Numbered from the stretch's first letter, positions 8,152 through 17,703 are shown. The stretch: 64,000 bases of DNA from an uncultured Candidatus Peribacteria bacterium (GCA_964344725.1 CAYFOI010000001.1:61762-125761); one strand, 5' to 3'. Program-made: numbers and translations. The notes: generated from the sequence alone by a model not told the origin.

Positions 8152-9090
8152 ATGAGCGATTTACTGACACAACTCGAATCTTTCCTGAAAGAGCCCAAAG
8201 AAAAACCCCCATTAATCATAGTTTTGGGGCCTACAGCTTCAGGTAAGACAAGTTTATCTGTAAAACTTGCCCAAAAATTCAATGGAGAGATCCTCTCTTC
8301 TGATTCTAGGCAAATTTACAGGTATATGGATATAGGAACAGACAAGATTTCGCAAAAAGAAATGCAAGGGATTAAACACTATATGCTAGATGTATGTGAC
8401 CCAGATCGAACTTATACAATGGCCGATTTTCAAAGAGAAGCAACACACTCTATTAAAGAGATCCTTAATAAAGGCAAAATACCATTTTTAGTAGGTGGTA
8501 CGGGACTTTACATAAACGCAATAGCTGACAATTACCAGCTCGACAATGCACCTCCAGATCCAGCATTGCGTACAGAATTAGAACAAGAACTCGAAGAAAA
8601 AGGTGCAGAAGCTCTGCATGAAATGCTCAAAGAACTTGATCCGCTTTCAGCTTCAAAAATCCATCCAAACAATCATCATTACCTGATAAGAGCTCTTGAA
8701 ATAAATCTGAAAACCAAGCAACCGAAAAGCAATCGCCGAGGCGAACCTCCATACGAAACTTTCAAAATTGGTATAGATTGGGATCGCGAAGAACTTTATG
8801 AAAAGATTAACAGCCGGGTAGACGAACAGATAGACCGCGGGATCTTAAACGAAATCAAAACACTTCTAGCAAAAGGATATTCGCGTAATCTGCCGGCAAT
8901 GACAGGACTCGGATACAAAGAGTTCTTCCCATACTTGGATGGAGAAGCAACCCTCGAAGAATGCCTGGAACAACTAAAACAAAACACTCGGAACTATGCG
9001 AAAAGACAAATGACTTGGTTCCGCCGCGACGATGAGATATATTGGATCACCCCAAAGGAAGCAGCACAAATTAAAACTTTAGAATTCTAG
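8152..9090 (+). CDS. miaA: tRNA dimethylallyltransferase
   Basis: P-loop GPTASGKTSL; SSDSRQIYRYMDIGTDK; typical ~310 aa. Confidence 0.9.
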   Translation: MSDLLTQLESFLKEPKEKPPLIIVLGPTASGKTSLSVKLAQKFNGEILSSDSRQIYRYMDIGTDKISQKEMQGIKHYMLDVCDPDRTYTMADFQREATHSIKEILNKGKIPFLVGGTGLYINAIADNYQLDNAPPDPALRTELEQELEEKGAEALHEMLKELDPLSASKIHPNNHHYLIRALEINLKTKQPKSNRRGEPPYETFKIGIDWDREELYEKINSRVDEQIDRGILNEIKTLLAKGYSRNLPAMTGLGYKEFFPYLDGEATLEECLEQLKQNTRNYAKRQMTWFRRDDEIYWITPKEAAQIKTLEF

Positions 9091-9111
9091 AATTCTAAAA
9101 CTCTACGACAG

Positions 9112-9480
9112 ATGAAAACCTCATTCCAGCGCTTAATAGACATCGCAAAAAAACTTCGCTCAGAAAACGGATGTCCTTGGGATAGGGAACAAACAATAGA
9201 ATCTCTGATGGAGGGACTAGAGGAAGAAGCCGGCGAGGTCCTAGAAGCCGTTCAAAAAAACGATTATGCAAATCTTCAAGAAGAACTTGGAGACCTGCTT
9301 TTTCAAATAGTAATGATAAGCCAGATAGCTTCAGAAAAGGGACTATTTACGATGAAAGAAGTCATGGATGACATCGCGCAAAAATTAATAGATAGACATA
9401 CATGGGTGTTCGGCGACGACAAAGCCGAAACCGCAGAAGAAGCTCTCAAAAAATGGAAAGAAAATAAGAAGAAAAAATAA
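9112..9480 (+). CDS. MazG-type nucleoside triphosphate pyrophosphohydrolase (single domain)
   Basis: CPWDREQT, EEAGEVLEA, EELGDLLFQ, RHTWVFG motifs. Confidence 0.8.
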   Translation: MKTSFQRLIDIAKKLRSENGCPWDREQTIESLMEGLEEEAGEVLEAVQKNDYANLQEELGDLLFQIVMISQIASEKGLFTMKEVMDDIAQKLIDRHTWVFGDDKAETAEEALKKWKENKKKK

Positions 9481-9633
9481 CTCGCGCGCGATCCTCCAAC
9501 CCTATAATCCTCCAATCCTATAACTCTCTTCAACTACAAATGGGAAATTCTTAACACAGACTCGAGTCTGACGCCTTTTGAAAAAGTCTTAAAAAACCGA
9601 GGATTAACAGAGAAAGATATCAACAACGACAGT

Positions 9634-11115
9634 ATGCACAGCCCTTGGGATTTCCCAGATATGGAGAAGGCGGTTAAGCGTATAAAAAAAGCTATTGATA
9701 AAAAAGAGAGAATCATGATTTTTGGAGATTATGATGCGGATGGTATTACAGGTACGGCTATTCTGGTAAGAGCTTTGCGTGAATTAGGAGCACAGGTGTC
9801 GTATAGACTGCCACATAGGGAGAATGATGGTTATGGGCTTAGCATGAAATTTATAGAAGAGTTTGTAGATTTAAGTGTAAAACTCATAATAACTGTAGAT
9901 TGCGGAATCGCTTGTCCAGAGGAGGTCAAAAGAGCGAAAGAAGCGGGTATAGATACAATAATTACAGATCATCATGATATTCCGCTTAAACCCGCAAAAG
10001 CTTATGCGATTTTACATACAAAAACAGACTATCCTTTTAGCCACCTTGCTGGAGCGGGAGTAGCTTATAAGTTGGCAGAAGCCTTGTTGGGAGAGAAAGC
10101 ACAAAATTACATAGATTTAGCGGCAATCGGAACAATTGCAGATATAGTGCCATTGATAGGTGAGAATAGAGCTATAGCGAAAGCAGGTTTGCAAAAACTT
10201 GCAAAAACAGAGTGGCCAGGCTTACGTGCTTTGAAAAGAAATGCACAAATATATGACCAAGATTTACTGGAGTTAGACAGTGACTTGATAGGTTATAGAA
10301 TAGGTCCAAGGATAAATGCTGCGGGAAGAATCGACACTCCATACCTAGCGGCGCAGCTTTTGATTTCTGATGAGAAAAACATTAGTGATTTAGCAATGCA
10401 AATAGAAAATTTGAATAAACAGCGCCAAGAATTGGTGAAAGATGTTTTAACAGATCTATCGTACGACGAAGATAGCAAAATCATTTTTGTAATAGGGGAA
10501 TGGCCCAAAGGCATTTTAGGGTTAATAGCCGGAAGAATAAGTGAGCAATCTGGTCGTCCAGTGATCGCTATGGCAGAAAAAGATGGCGTGCTTACAGGCT
10601 CAGCAAGGTCTCATGAATATTTCCATATAACAGAAGCTTTAAAAGAGTTAGACGAAATTCTCGAGGAGTATGGAGGGCATCGAAAAGCTGCAGGATTAAG
10701 CTTAAAAAGAGAAAATGCAGATATCTTGCAAAGAGAATTGAAATCAATGATGAATGCCGTAAAAATACCTCCCAAAAAGCTCAAAATAGACTGCGAAATA
10801 ACGCCTCAGGAACTATCTCAGAGCTTCCTGCAAGCATTAGATGCATTGAAGCCATTTGGAGAAGGGAATGAGCCACCAGTTTTTTTGATGAAGAATATAG
10901 AGATCATAGATATAAAAATGGTAGGCACAGAAGAAAATCATATGAAATTGAGCTGTAAATTTGGTAATAAACAAATCTCAGGCATCAAATTCAACGCTAA
11001 AAATGAAATCCCGCGGGAATTAACAAAAAGAGCTAACATAGCAGGCAAGCTGAAAAAAGACTCCTATGCTAAAACAGGATATAGCTTGTTAATATCAGAT
11101 GTAGAGCCTTGTTAA
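9634..11115 (+). CDS. recJ: single-stranded-DNA-specific exonuclease RecJ (DHH/DHHA1)
   Basis: GDYDADGITG, TVDCGI, ITDHH and GGHRKAAG motifs. The in-frame upstream codons 9541-9633 still look like the RecJ N-terminus, but I saw no ATG/GTG/TTG there. Confidence 0.85.
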   Translation: MHSPWDFPDMEKAVKRIKKAIDKKERIMIFGDYDADGITGTAILVRALRELGAQVSYRLPHRENDGYGLSMKFIEEFVDLSVKLIITVDCGIACPEEVKRAKEAGIDTIITDHHDIPLKPAKAYAILHTKTDYPFSHLAGAGVAYKLAEALLGEKAQNYIDLAAIGTIADIVPLIGENRAIAKAGLQKLAKTEWPGLRALKRNAQIYDQDLLELDSDLIGYRIGPRINAAGRIDTPYLAAQLLISDEKNISDLAMQIENLNKQRQELVKDVLTDLSYDEDSKIIFVIGEWPKGILGLIAGRISEQSGRPVIAMAEKDGVLTGSARSHEYFHITEALKELDEILEEYGGHRKAAGLSLKRENADILQRELKSMMNAVKIPPKKLKIDCEITPQELSQSFLQALDALKPFGEGNEPPVFLMKNIEIIDIKMVGTEENHMKLSCKFGNKQISGIKFNAKNEIPRELTKRANIAGKLKKDSYAKTGYSLLISDVEPC

Positions 11116-11846
11116 GCTGCGGCTCCAGCGGAGGCATTCGCATCAGTTTCTCCATACACCCTCCTTGTTGGTGTCTGCTGCTGAGGCCATGGTCCGTATG
11201 TCTGAGATGGCATAACAGCTATAGTTTTAGGAACTGGTATCGTTGTAGGATGACCTTTCTCATCTAATACAGTTTCTTCTTCCCATGCGGTTGGAAAGCC
11301 TATCCCTGCAAGGATTCTTGTGCTTTCTTCCTGGTCACCATTAATTCCAGCAACGATAGCTCTAACTGTAGCCATTACAATATCTACAACTACTAAGGCC
11401 GACTCTTTGTCATCAATATCAACCTCACGCATTAAAGGACTCGTTGCAAGTTCGTCAGCAATGCGACACCTTAGCACTTTAGCGAAATTACTAACCGGAT
11501 TACCACTTTCATCTAAATCTTCTGCACGTAATTGCGCAGCTTTAATCAAAGCTGGATGTAAGTAATCACGCCTAACTACAGCATAACTAGGACGACCTGC
11601 AGTCCTATCAATTTTGATATCATCATGATCAAAGGCATTTTTTATAAGTCCAGCAATTTCAGAAGATCTCTGCTCAAGAGCTAACCTTATTTCATTCCGA
11701 TCTCTAGTTTCACACCTTTCGTCAGCAACATCTACTCCTTTTTTACCAGAATAGCTCATGCCCCTCTCAGAACCATCAGGTAAAATTGCTACATTAGAGA
11801 ATAAATCAAGCCTTTTATGTACTGGTTTTTCTGCCGAAGATGTCAT
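11112..11846 (-). CDS. hypothetical protein (Arg-rich, no recognised domain)
   Basis: A 244-aa ORF convergent with recJ (4-nt overlap). No motif recognised. Confidence 0.5.
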   Translation of the reverse strand: MTSSAEKPVHKRLDLFSNVAILPDGSERGMSYSGKKGVDVADERCETRDRNEIRLALEQRSSEIAGLIKNAFDHDDIKIDRTAGRPSYAVVRRDYLHPALIKAAQLRAEDLDESGNPVSNFAKVLRCRIADELATSPLMREVDIDDKESALVVVDIVMATVRAIVAGINGDQEESTRILAGIGFPTAWEEETVLDEKGHPTTIPVPKTIAVMPSQTYGPWPQQQTPTRRVYGETDANASAGAAA

Positions 11847-11937
11847 GATTACAGCAATAATAACATAGACACTTAATTTATACTAAAAACACATCCAGTG
11901 TCAAAGTATTTTCACAAAAATATTTAATAAAATACCC

Positions 11938-11965
11938 TTGCAATCGATTGCCCTCATGGTAAACT
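11938..11965 (+). promoter_or_regulatory. promoter TTGCAA-N16-TGgTAAACT (extended -10)
   Basis: -35 at 11938-11943; TG at 11957-58; -10 at 11960-11965. It lies upstream of the nrnA-like gene. Confidence 0.45.
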
Positions 11966-12077
11966 ATCCAGCTAAAGAGCGATATCGCAAGTCTTGACCA
12001 ACTCGTCAAAAAGATGTATAATTATTCGAATACAGCAAATCTCAAGCGATAATTCGCAAACTACAATCTGTAAACAT

Positions 12078-13589
12078 ATGCCAAGAGAAACATCAGAACA
12101 AATCATAAGCCTAATAGAAAAGAGTGAAAAAGTCCTACTTTTGCCGTCCAGCCCGCCGGATGGAGATTCGCTAGGAGCAGCATTGTCGCTATATCTCGTA
12201 CTCAAAAAACTAGGAAAAGAAGTGACGGTAATTTGTGCTGACCCTGTGCCAGATGCTCTCAAATTCTTGCCTACAATCGATGCAATATCCAAAAACTTCG
12301 GTGGTGCAGAAGATTTTGTTGTTACTCTAGACTGTACTGAGTCAGAAGTAGACACAATCAAATATCAAGTAGAGCAGAACAAGGTAAATATCATTATAAC
12401 TCCGCGGAAAGGACGTTTTTCAGAGAAAGACGTGACTTTACACCACGGCGAATCGAAATACGATCTTATAATCACTGTAGATACAGGAGATTTGCAACAG
12501 CTTGGACATGTATACGAGGACAATCCGGAAATGTTCTACTCTATACCTGTTATCAACATCGATCATCATTCTTCAAATAGCGAATTTGGACGTATCAATA
12601 TGATTGATATCACAGCTTCTTCAACAACAGAGATTTTGGTCCCTGTTTTGGAAAAACTTGAAGAAAAAACTGGCCAAAAATTAATAGACCCAGACGTGGC
12701 CACGCTGCTTTTAGCAGGGATAATAACAGATACAGGAAGTTTTCAACACTCTAATACAACACCGCGAGCATTCGCAGTTGCAGCACACCTGCTCGATTTC
12801 GGTGCAAGACAGCAAGAGATCATCAAATATGTCTACAGAACGAAGAGTCTCTCAATGCTTAAATTGTGGGGCAAAGTGCTTTCTAAGATCAAATATGACG
12901 ACGAACACAAGCTAGTATGGTCAACAATTACTCAAGAAGACCTGCAGACTACGGGTAGTACACCTGATGAATCAGCAGGAATAATAGATGAACTGCTTTC
13001 AAACGCTCCAGGAGCGCAAGTAGTTTTGCTTATAAAAGAAAAAAAACCAGGATTAGTATCCGTGAGCGTTAGAACTCCAAATAAAGGAGCAAATGCAAAC
13101 GATATAGCTCAAACGTTTGGAGGCGGCGGACATCCAAAAGCTGCAGGATTTCGCGTGAAAGATATGGAATTTGGAGAAGCAGAAAGTTTTATAATCAAAA
13201 AAATCAAAGAATTTCAAAAAGGAACAGAAGGCGTATCAGCAGAACCACACATGCAACCGGCAGCAGTGGAATTGCCAGAAGTTGAAAATAAGCCAATAAA
13301 TGTAGAAACTCAAAAAACACAGACAGTATCAGATTTACGCAAAGATCCACTTGCAAACGTGCAATTTCAAAAACCAGAAGTAGTCCCAAAGGCTCAACCT
13401 GGCGGAGAGGACCTTCTACTTCAAGATTTTCGCAAGAGAAAACAAGAAAAACAAGATAACGAAGAAAGAGAAGAACGAATAAAAGACATGACCAAAAAGT
13501 TCTTCAGCGAACCAGATGAAAAAGAAGTCACAGTAGAAGACATGTTAAATCAGATCCAAGAAAACGACGAACAAAATCCTAGTCAATAA
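12078..13589 (+). CDS. DHH/DHHA1 phosphoesterase (NrnA-like oligoribonuclease / pAp phosphatase) with ~130-aa charged C-terminal extension
   Basis: PPDGDSLGAALSL, IDHHSSN, GGGGHPKAAGF. I prefer the internal ATG at 12078 (MPRETSEQ...) over the track start 11994, based on typical NrnA N-terminal length. Confidence 0.8.
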   Translation: MPRETSEQIISLIEKSEKVLLLPSSPPDGDSLGAALSLYLVLKKLGKEVTVICADPVPDALKFLPTIDAISKNFGGAEDFVVTLDCTESEVDTIKYQVEQNKVNIIITPRKGRFSEKDVTLHHGESKYDLIITVDTGDLQQLGHVYEDNPEMFYSIPVINIDHHSSNSEFGRINMIDITASSTTEILVPVLEKLEEKTGQKLIDPDVATLLLAGIITDTGSFQHSNTTPRAFAVAAHLLDFGARQQEIIKYVYRTKSLSMLKLWGKVLSKIKYDDEHKLVWSTITQEDLQTTGSTPDESAGIIDELLSNAPGAQVVLLIKEKKPGLVSVSVRTPNKGANANDIAQTFGGGGHPKAAGFRVKDMEFGEAESFIIKKIKEFQKGTEGVSAEPHMQPAAVELPEVENKPINVETQKTQTVSDLRKDPLANVQFQKPEVVPKAQPGGEDLLLQDFRKRKQEKQDNEEREERIKDMTKKFFSEPDEKEVTVEDMLNQIQENDEQNPSQ

Positions 13590-14319
13590 GATCTTCATCT
13601 ATATCAAAATTAGACGACACATTTGTGACATCGTCGTCTTCATCAAGCGCCTCCATAAGCCTAAGAATCTTCTTAGCTTTTTCCTTGTCCTTGATCTTAA
13701 CAGTGTCATTAGGGACAAAAGTAAGTTCTTGCGATTCAACTTCAAGTCCGGCATCGCGCAAAGCTTTAGCAACATCGCCTAAATCAGAAGTCTCAGTGTA
13801 AACAGACATAATGCCGTCTTCGGACTCAATATCAGAAGCGCCGGCATCAATAGCCGTGAGTTCCAATTCGTCAGAATCATTATCGCCTATATTTACAACA
13901 ACCAAACCCTTAGGTTGAAACATCCAAGCGACGCAACCATTTTCTCCAAGGCTTCCTCCGTTTTTGGTGAGAATACTGCGTACATTTGAGACAGTGCGAT
14001 TCTTGTTATCTGTAATACATTGAATATACAAAGCAACTCCAGCAGGTCCATAGCCTTCATAAGTGATCTCCATTAACTGAGCAGCATCTTTATCTGCACC
14101 AGAACCCTTCTTAATGGCACGTTCGATATTTGTATTAGGGGTGTTATCAGCTTTAGCGTTATCTATAGCCAGACGCAAAGCCGGATTCATATCAGGATCG
14201 CCACCGTTCTTGGCAGCTATTTGAATAAGTTTTGCATGTTTTGTGAAAATTTTCCCCCTTTTGGCGTCGGCAGCACCTTTTTTATGTTTAATCGAATGCC
14301 ATTTACTGTGTCCGGACAT
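13579..14319 (-). CDS. YebC/PmpR family DNA-binding transcriptional regulator
   Basis: MSGHSKWHSIKHKKGAADAKRGKIFTK is the hallmark N-terminus; ~245 aa. Confidence 0.9.
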   Translation of the reverse strand: MSGHSKWHSIKHKKGAADAKRGKIFTKHAKLIQIAAKNGGDPDMNPALRLAIDNAKADNTPNTNIERAIKKGSGADKDAAQLMEITYEGYGPAGVALYIQCITDNKNRTVSNVRSILTKNGGSLGENGCVAWMFQPKGLVVVNIGDNDSDELELTAIDAGASDIESEDGIMSVYTETSDLGDVAKALRDAGLEVESQELTFVPNDTVKIKDKEKAKKILRLMEALDEDDDVTNVSSNFDIDEDLID

Positions 14320-14339
14320 AGTTTTGAGCTAAAAAAATA

Positions 14340-15461
14340 CTATTTGATGGAGCTTGCGACAGCATCAGCAACTCCATCATCAAAAATTGACGGAATGATT
14401 CTATCGGAAGTAGGCTCTTTTATCAAATTAGCAAGTGCTTCAGCAGCAGCAATTTTCATATCATCTGTAATCGAGCCAACTCGATTATCGAGAGCTCCAC
14501 GAAAAACCCCAGGAAAGGCGAGAGCATTGTTAACTTGGTTTGGATAATCACTACGACCTGTAGCAATCACCTTAGCTCCAGCCGAAAGAGCATCTTCAGG
14601 AGTGATTTCTGGATCAGGATTCGACATAGCGAAGATAATAGGATCTGTCGCCATAGAAGAAACCATCTCTTTTGTGACAATGCCAGGAGCAGATATCCCA
14701 ATGAATACATCTGCATCTACCAGAACATCGGATAATGATCCAACTTGTCCACCAACGAGTTTCACAAGATCTCCCTTAGACTCATTCATCCGGTCGCGTC
14801 CTTCATGCAAAGCTCCTTGGCTATCACAAACAACAATATGGTGAAACCCATACTTATAAAGTAATTTCGCAATAGCAACTCCAGCAGCACCAGCACCACT
14901 CATGACAATTTTCGGATTTTCACGAGGTGCAACTTTAAGCGCATTAATTAGCCCAGCCAAAACAACTATGGCAGTACCATGCTGATCGTCATGAAAAACA
15001 GGTATAGATAGCTCGTCATCAAGTCTCTTCTCAATCTCAAAACATCTCGGTGCAGATATGTCCTCAAGATTAATTCCCCCAAACTGTGGAGCAATATTTT
15101 TCACAGTCTTGATGATCTCTTCAGTATCCTGTGTGTCCAAACAAATAGGAATCGCATCAATCCCTCCAAATTTCTTAAATAGCAGAGATTTTCCTTCCAT
15201 AACAGGGAAACCAGCAAGTCCACCGATATTTCCGAGACCAAGAACAGCACTGCCGTCAGTTATAACGGCAACCATATTGCCTTTGGGAGTAAGCGCATAA
15301 GCCTCCCCTTGATCTTGAAAAATAGCACGACAAGGCTCAGCTACACCAGGAGTATAATGAGTACTAAGTCCATCTTGGTCATCAACAGAAACTTTGAAAG
15401 AGACTTCCATCTTACCTTTGTGCTTGCGGTGTTCATCTAAAGATTTATCTTCGTAAGTCAT
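14340..15461 (-). CDS. NAD(P)-dependent malic enzyme (short form)
   Basis: VITDGSAVLGLGNIG, DDQHGTAIV and the GAGAAGVAIAKLL Rossmann motif. Confidence 0.8.
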   Translation of the reverse strand: MTYEDKSLDEHRKHKGKMEVSFKVSVDDQDGLSTHYTPGVAEPCRAIFQDQGEAYALTPKGNMVAVITDGSAVLGLGNIGGLAGFPVMEGKSLLFKKFGGIDAIPICLDTQDTEEIIKTVKNIAPQFGGINLEDISAPRCFEIEKRLDDELSIPVFHDDQHGTAIVVLAGLINALKVAPRENPKIVMSGAGAAGVAIAKLLYKYGFHHIVVCDSQGALHEGRDRMNESKGDLVKLVGGQVGSLSDVLVDADVFIGISAPGIVTKEMVSSMATDPIIFAMSNPDPEITPEDALSAGAKVIATGRSDYPNQVNNALAFPGVFRGALDNRVGSITDDMKIAAAEALANLIKEPTSDRIIPSIFDDGVADAVASSIK

Positions 15462-15520
15462 AAATATTAAAAATTATTAACTACAGGTGTAGTTATAGCA
15501 TCAATTGGCTGATCTCGGAA

Positions 15521-15715
15521 CTAAAACTGCCCCATAAGATTATCAACAGCATTCGCAGTAACAGCATCATTAATCTCCCATCCGGTGTTGTAGAAATCTT
15601 CCGGCTCCTTAGGCTCTTCTAAAGAAGGTGAAACAGGCGCATTCATATCGTAATCGCCAGTACAACCGACTAAAGGAAGGATGAACAAAATGATGAATAG
15701 TACTTTCTTGAACAT
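15521..15715 (-). CDS. small lipoprotein
   Basis: Signal peptide with lipobox: MFKKVLFIILFILPLVGC. Confidence 0.5.
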   Translation of the reverse strand: MFKKVLFIILFILPLVGCTGDYDMNAPVSPSLEEPKEPEDFYNTGWEINDAVTANAVDNLMGQF

Positions 15716-15773
15716 ATGGAATTTAACAAAAGGCAGATATTATAGGGCTAAACTCAAAAAAGGCAAGTGTTGT

Positions 15774-15882
15774 TAACTAATAACTAATAACTAACAACTA
15801 ATAACTAATAACTAACAACTAATAACTAATAACCACCACTACATACTACGGATTACGGATTAAGTACTACGTACTACCACTA
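15774..15882. repeat. stop-rich 7-nt-period word array (AACTAAT/AACTAAC x8, then TACGGAT / TACGTAC words)
   Basis: Direct reading: AACTAAT AACTAAT AACTAAC repeated, then CCACTACATAC TACGGAT TACGGAT TAAGTAC TACGTAC TAC. It starts at the stop of the SLH gene. Confidence 0.9.
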
Positions 15883-17208
15883 AAACGCCGTCGTCTGTCC
15901 GTCAGCAATATCGAGAATCATATCAAAAGATCTCTCATACTTAATAGTAACATCAGCTCCAGCACTGTAATAGTAGTCGACAGGGCCAGTACCAACGCCG
16001 ATTGTATCAGTTTCAATCAAATATCTATCGTCAAATAACGACAAAACATAAGTCCCCATATCCTCAGACATAATAAGCGAACGAGCCTCCTCTAAGATCT
16101 CATCCCAGTCAGTCGTTGTGGTAACAGCATCCTCAACATAAGTGGCACTAACTTCGAGGAAATAAATTTGTTTATGCGAATGCTCAGCCAGCGCGCCATC
16201 GCCATAACTACCATGCATTGTAAGAACATCACCACTTTCTAAATACACATACATATCGAGAACAGGCTCAACATCATCAGATATATAAACTTGCAAAGCC
16301 GATAGTCCGTTAACATTAAGCTCGGTAAAAGAAGCTCCATCATAGTCCATCATATCCATAACATCATCAAAAAACTCTCCCGAGGACAAGCCTTCATCGT
16401 TACTGTGAACAAACAGACTAACGCTAGCTGAATTAGGATATTGCCTATCCCAACCAGCTTGATTATTCCCTTCATCTTTGTTCCAAAGGACAACACCACC
16501 ATCTGAGCTAGAGACTACCTGCCAATCATAAGGATACTGAACTTCGTAACCTTGCTCGTTTTGATAAGATTGCCAATTTAAACTTATATCAAATTCAGAA
16601 AGCCCATAATCCTGCACATACATAAATCGATATACGATCTCCGAAAGCTCCGCACGACTCAAAGTCTGAGCCGGATAAAGAAGACCATCATCTTCTGGCT
16701 CAATCAGGTTGAAGTCTTTCGCATAAGCAACGTATTCTGCAAACCAGACATCAGCAGAAACATCTTCGTATGGATCCGACATACCCTCATAATCAAGCTC
16801 AGTTCCAGCAGCCAAAGTTAGCATTTTGAGAGCCTCTGCCAGATTAACAGTTTGATCAGGCGCAAAAGTAGAGTCGCTATACCCAGAAACAATCCCCATA
16901 TCATAAGCTGTATTTATATAAGGCAAATACCACGCGTCATTTGTAAGATCGGAAAAAGGCAACTCGTAAGTATCAAGTTCAGGAGAATCTACTCCAGCCC
17001 CGGAAAGTATGATTTTTAAAGCCTCCGCTCTGTTTATATCCTGATCTGGCATGAAAGTTCCATCATCATAACCACTAATAATGCCGTTAGATTCAAGATA
17101 AGAAATAGCAGCATAATATCGATATCCTTCCGAGACATCTGAAAAACTTGCCATAGCAAGCGAAGACCCGAAGAGAACCAAGATAAGTGAAGTAAATATC
17201 TTTTTCAT
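15880..17208 (-). CDS. S-layer homology (SLH) domain protein
   Basis: Signal peptide, then three SLH-like repeats (FSDVSEGYRYYAAISYLESNGIISGYDDGTFMPDQ..., FSDLTNDAWY...GIVSGYSDSTFAPDQ..., YEDVSADVWF...). Confidence 0.75.
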   Translation of the reverse strand: MKKIFTSLILVLFGSSLAMASFSDVSEGYRYYAAISYLESNGIISGYDDGTFMPDQDINRAEALKIILSGAGVDSPELDTYELPFSDLTNDAWYLPYINTAYDMGIVSGYSDSTFAPDQTVNLAEALKMLTLAAGTELDYEGMSDPYEDVSADVWFAEYVAYAKDFNLIEPEDDGLLYPAQTLSRAELSEIVYRFMYVQDYGLSEFDISLNWQSYQNEQGYEVQYPYDWQVVSSSDGGVVLWNKDEGNNQAGWDRQYPNSASVSLFVHSNDEGLSSGEFFDDVMDMMDYDGASFTELNVNGLSALQVYISDDVEPVLDMYVYLESGDVLTMHGSYGDGALAEHSHKQIYFLEVSATYVEDAVTTTTDWDEILEEARSLIMSEDMGTYVLSLFDDRYLIETDTIGVGTGPVDYYYSAGADVTIKYERSFDMILDIADGQTTAF

Positions 17209-17238
17209 AGTTTTATTTTAATTTTTTATAAGAGAAAT

Positions 17239-17592
17239 CTACTCTCCCGAAGAAACTACTTCGGGTACAGGGCATCCAGCAGCTTCTCCAAGCTCTTCAA
17301 AGGTTTGAACACCCATATCAAGAAGCTCACCATTCATATGCCAAGTAGGATAACCAATGACACCTGCCTCAGAACACTCTTCAGAATGGAAGTCACAATT
17401 TACAAAAGTAATATATTCAAAATCATCCCCAAACATTTCTTTTTGATTACTGCAATGTCCACACCAGTCAGTTCCATAAAAAACCAAGCCAGCATCAGTG
17501 AGACATTTTGCAAACTGCTTGTATGGGCCACCACAACCAGCAATAAAAAGTAGACAGTAAACTGTAAAGAGTAGAATTGCGATCTTTTTCAT
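17239..17592 (-). CDS. thioredoxin-fold thiol-disulfide oxidoreductase lipoprotein
   Basis: Lipobox LFIAGC; WCGHC active site; ...GYPTW... resembles the Trx-like domains that partner with bacterial VKOR/DsbB. Confidence 0.6.
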   Translation of the reverse strand: MKKIAILLFTVYCLLFIAGCGGPYKQFAKCLTDAGLVFYGTDWCGHCSNQKEMFGDDFEYITFVNCDFHSEECSEAGVIGYPTWHMNGELLDMGVQTFEELGEAAGCPVPEVVSSGE

Positions 17593-17602
17593 GTTGTTTT
17601 TT

Positions 17603-17703
17603 GTTAGAATTCTAGAATTTTAGAGTTTTAGACCATCACCACCTACTACTGACTACCCACTACACTACGTACTACGGATTACGGATTACGTACTACCAAC
17701 TAG
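17603..17703. repeat. stop-rich word arrays (CTAGAATT family inverted, then CTAC / GGATTACG family)
   Basis: GTTAGAATTCTAGAATTTTAGAGTTTTAGACC, then CACCTACTACTGACTACCCACTACACTACGTACTACGGATTACGGATTACGTACTACCAACTAG, ending on the hisS stop. Confidence 0.9.

Noticed and set aside
7895-8246. Two mutually overlapping ORFs (7895..8212 minus, 7932..8246 plus) upstream of rplJ
   Set aside because: They overlap each other and the miaA start. They read through GC hairpins and a terminator and have Arg/Cys/Ser-rich translations. The region is better explained as a promoter plus structured leader or small RNA.
15774-15882. Word arrays as CRISPR arrays or degenerate CRISPR repeats
   Set aside because: The period is 7-8 nt with no unique spacers, and there are no cas genes in the window.
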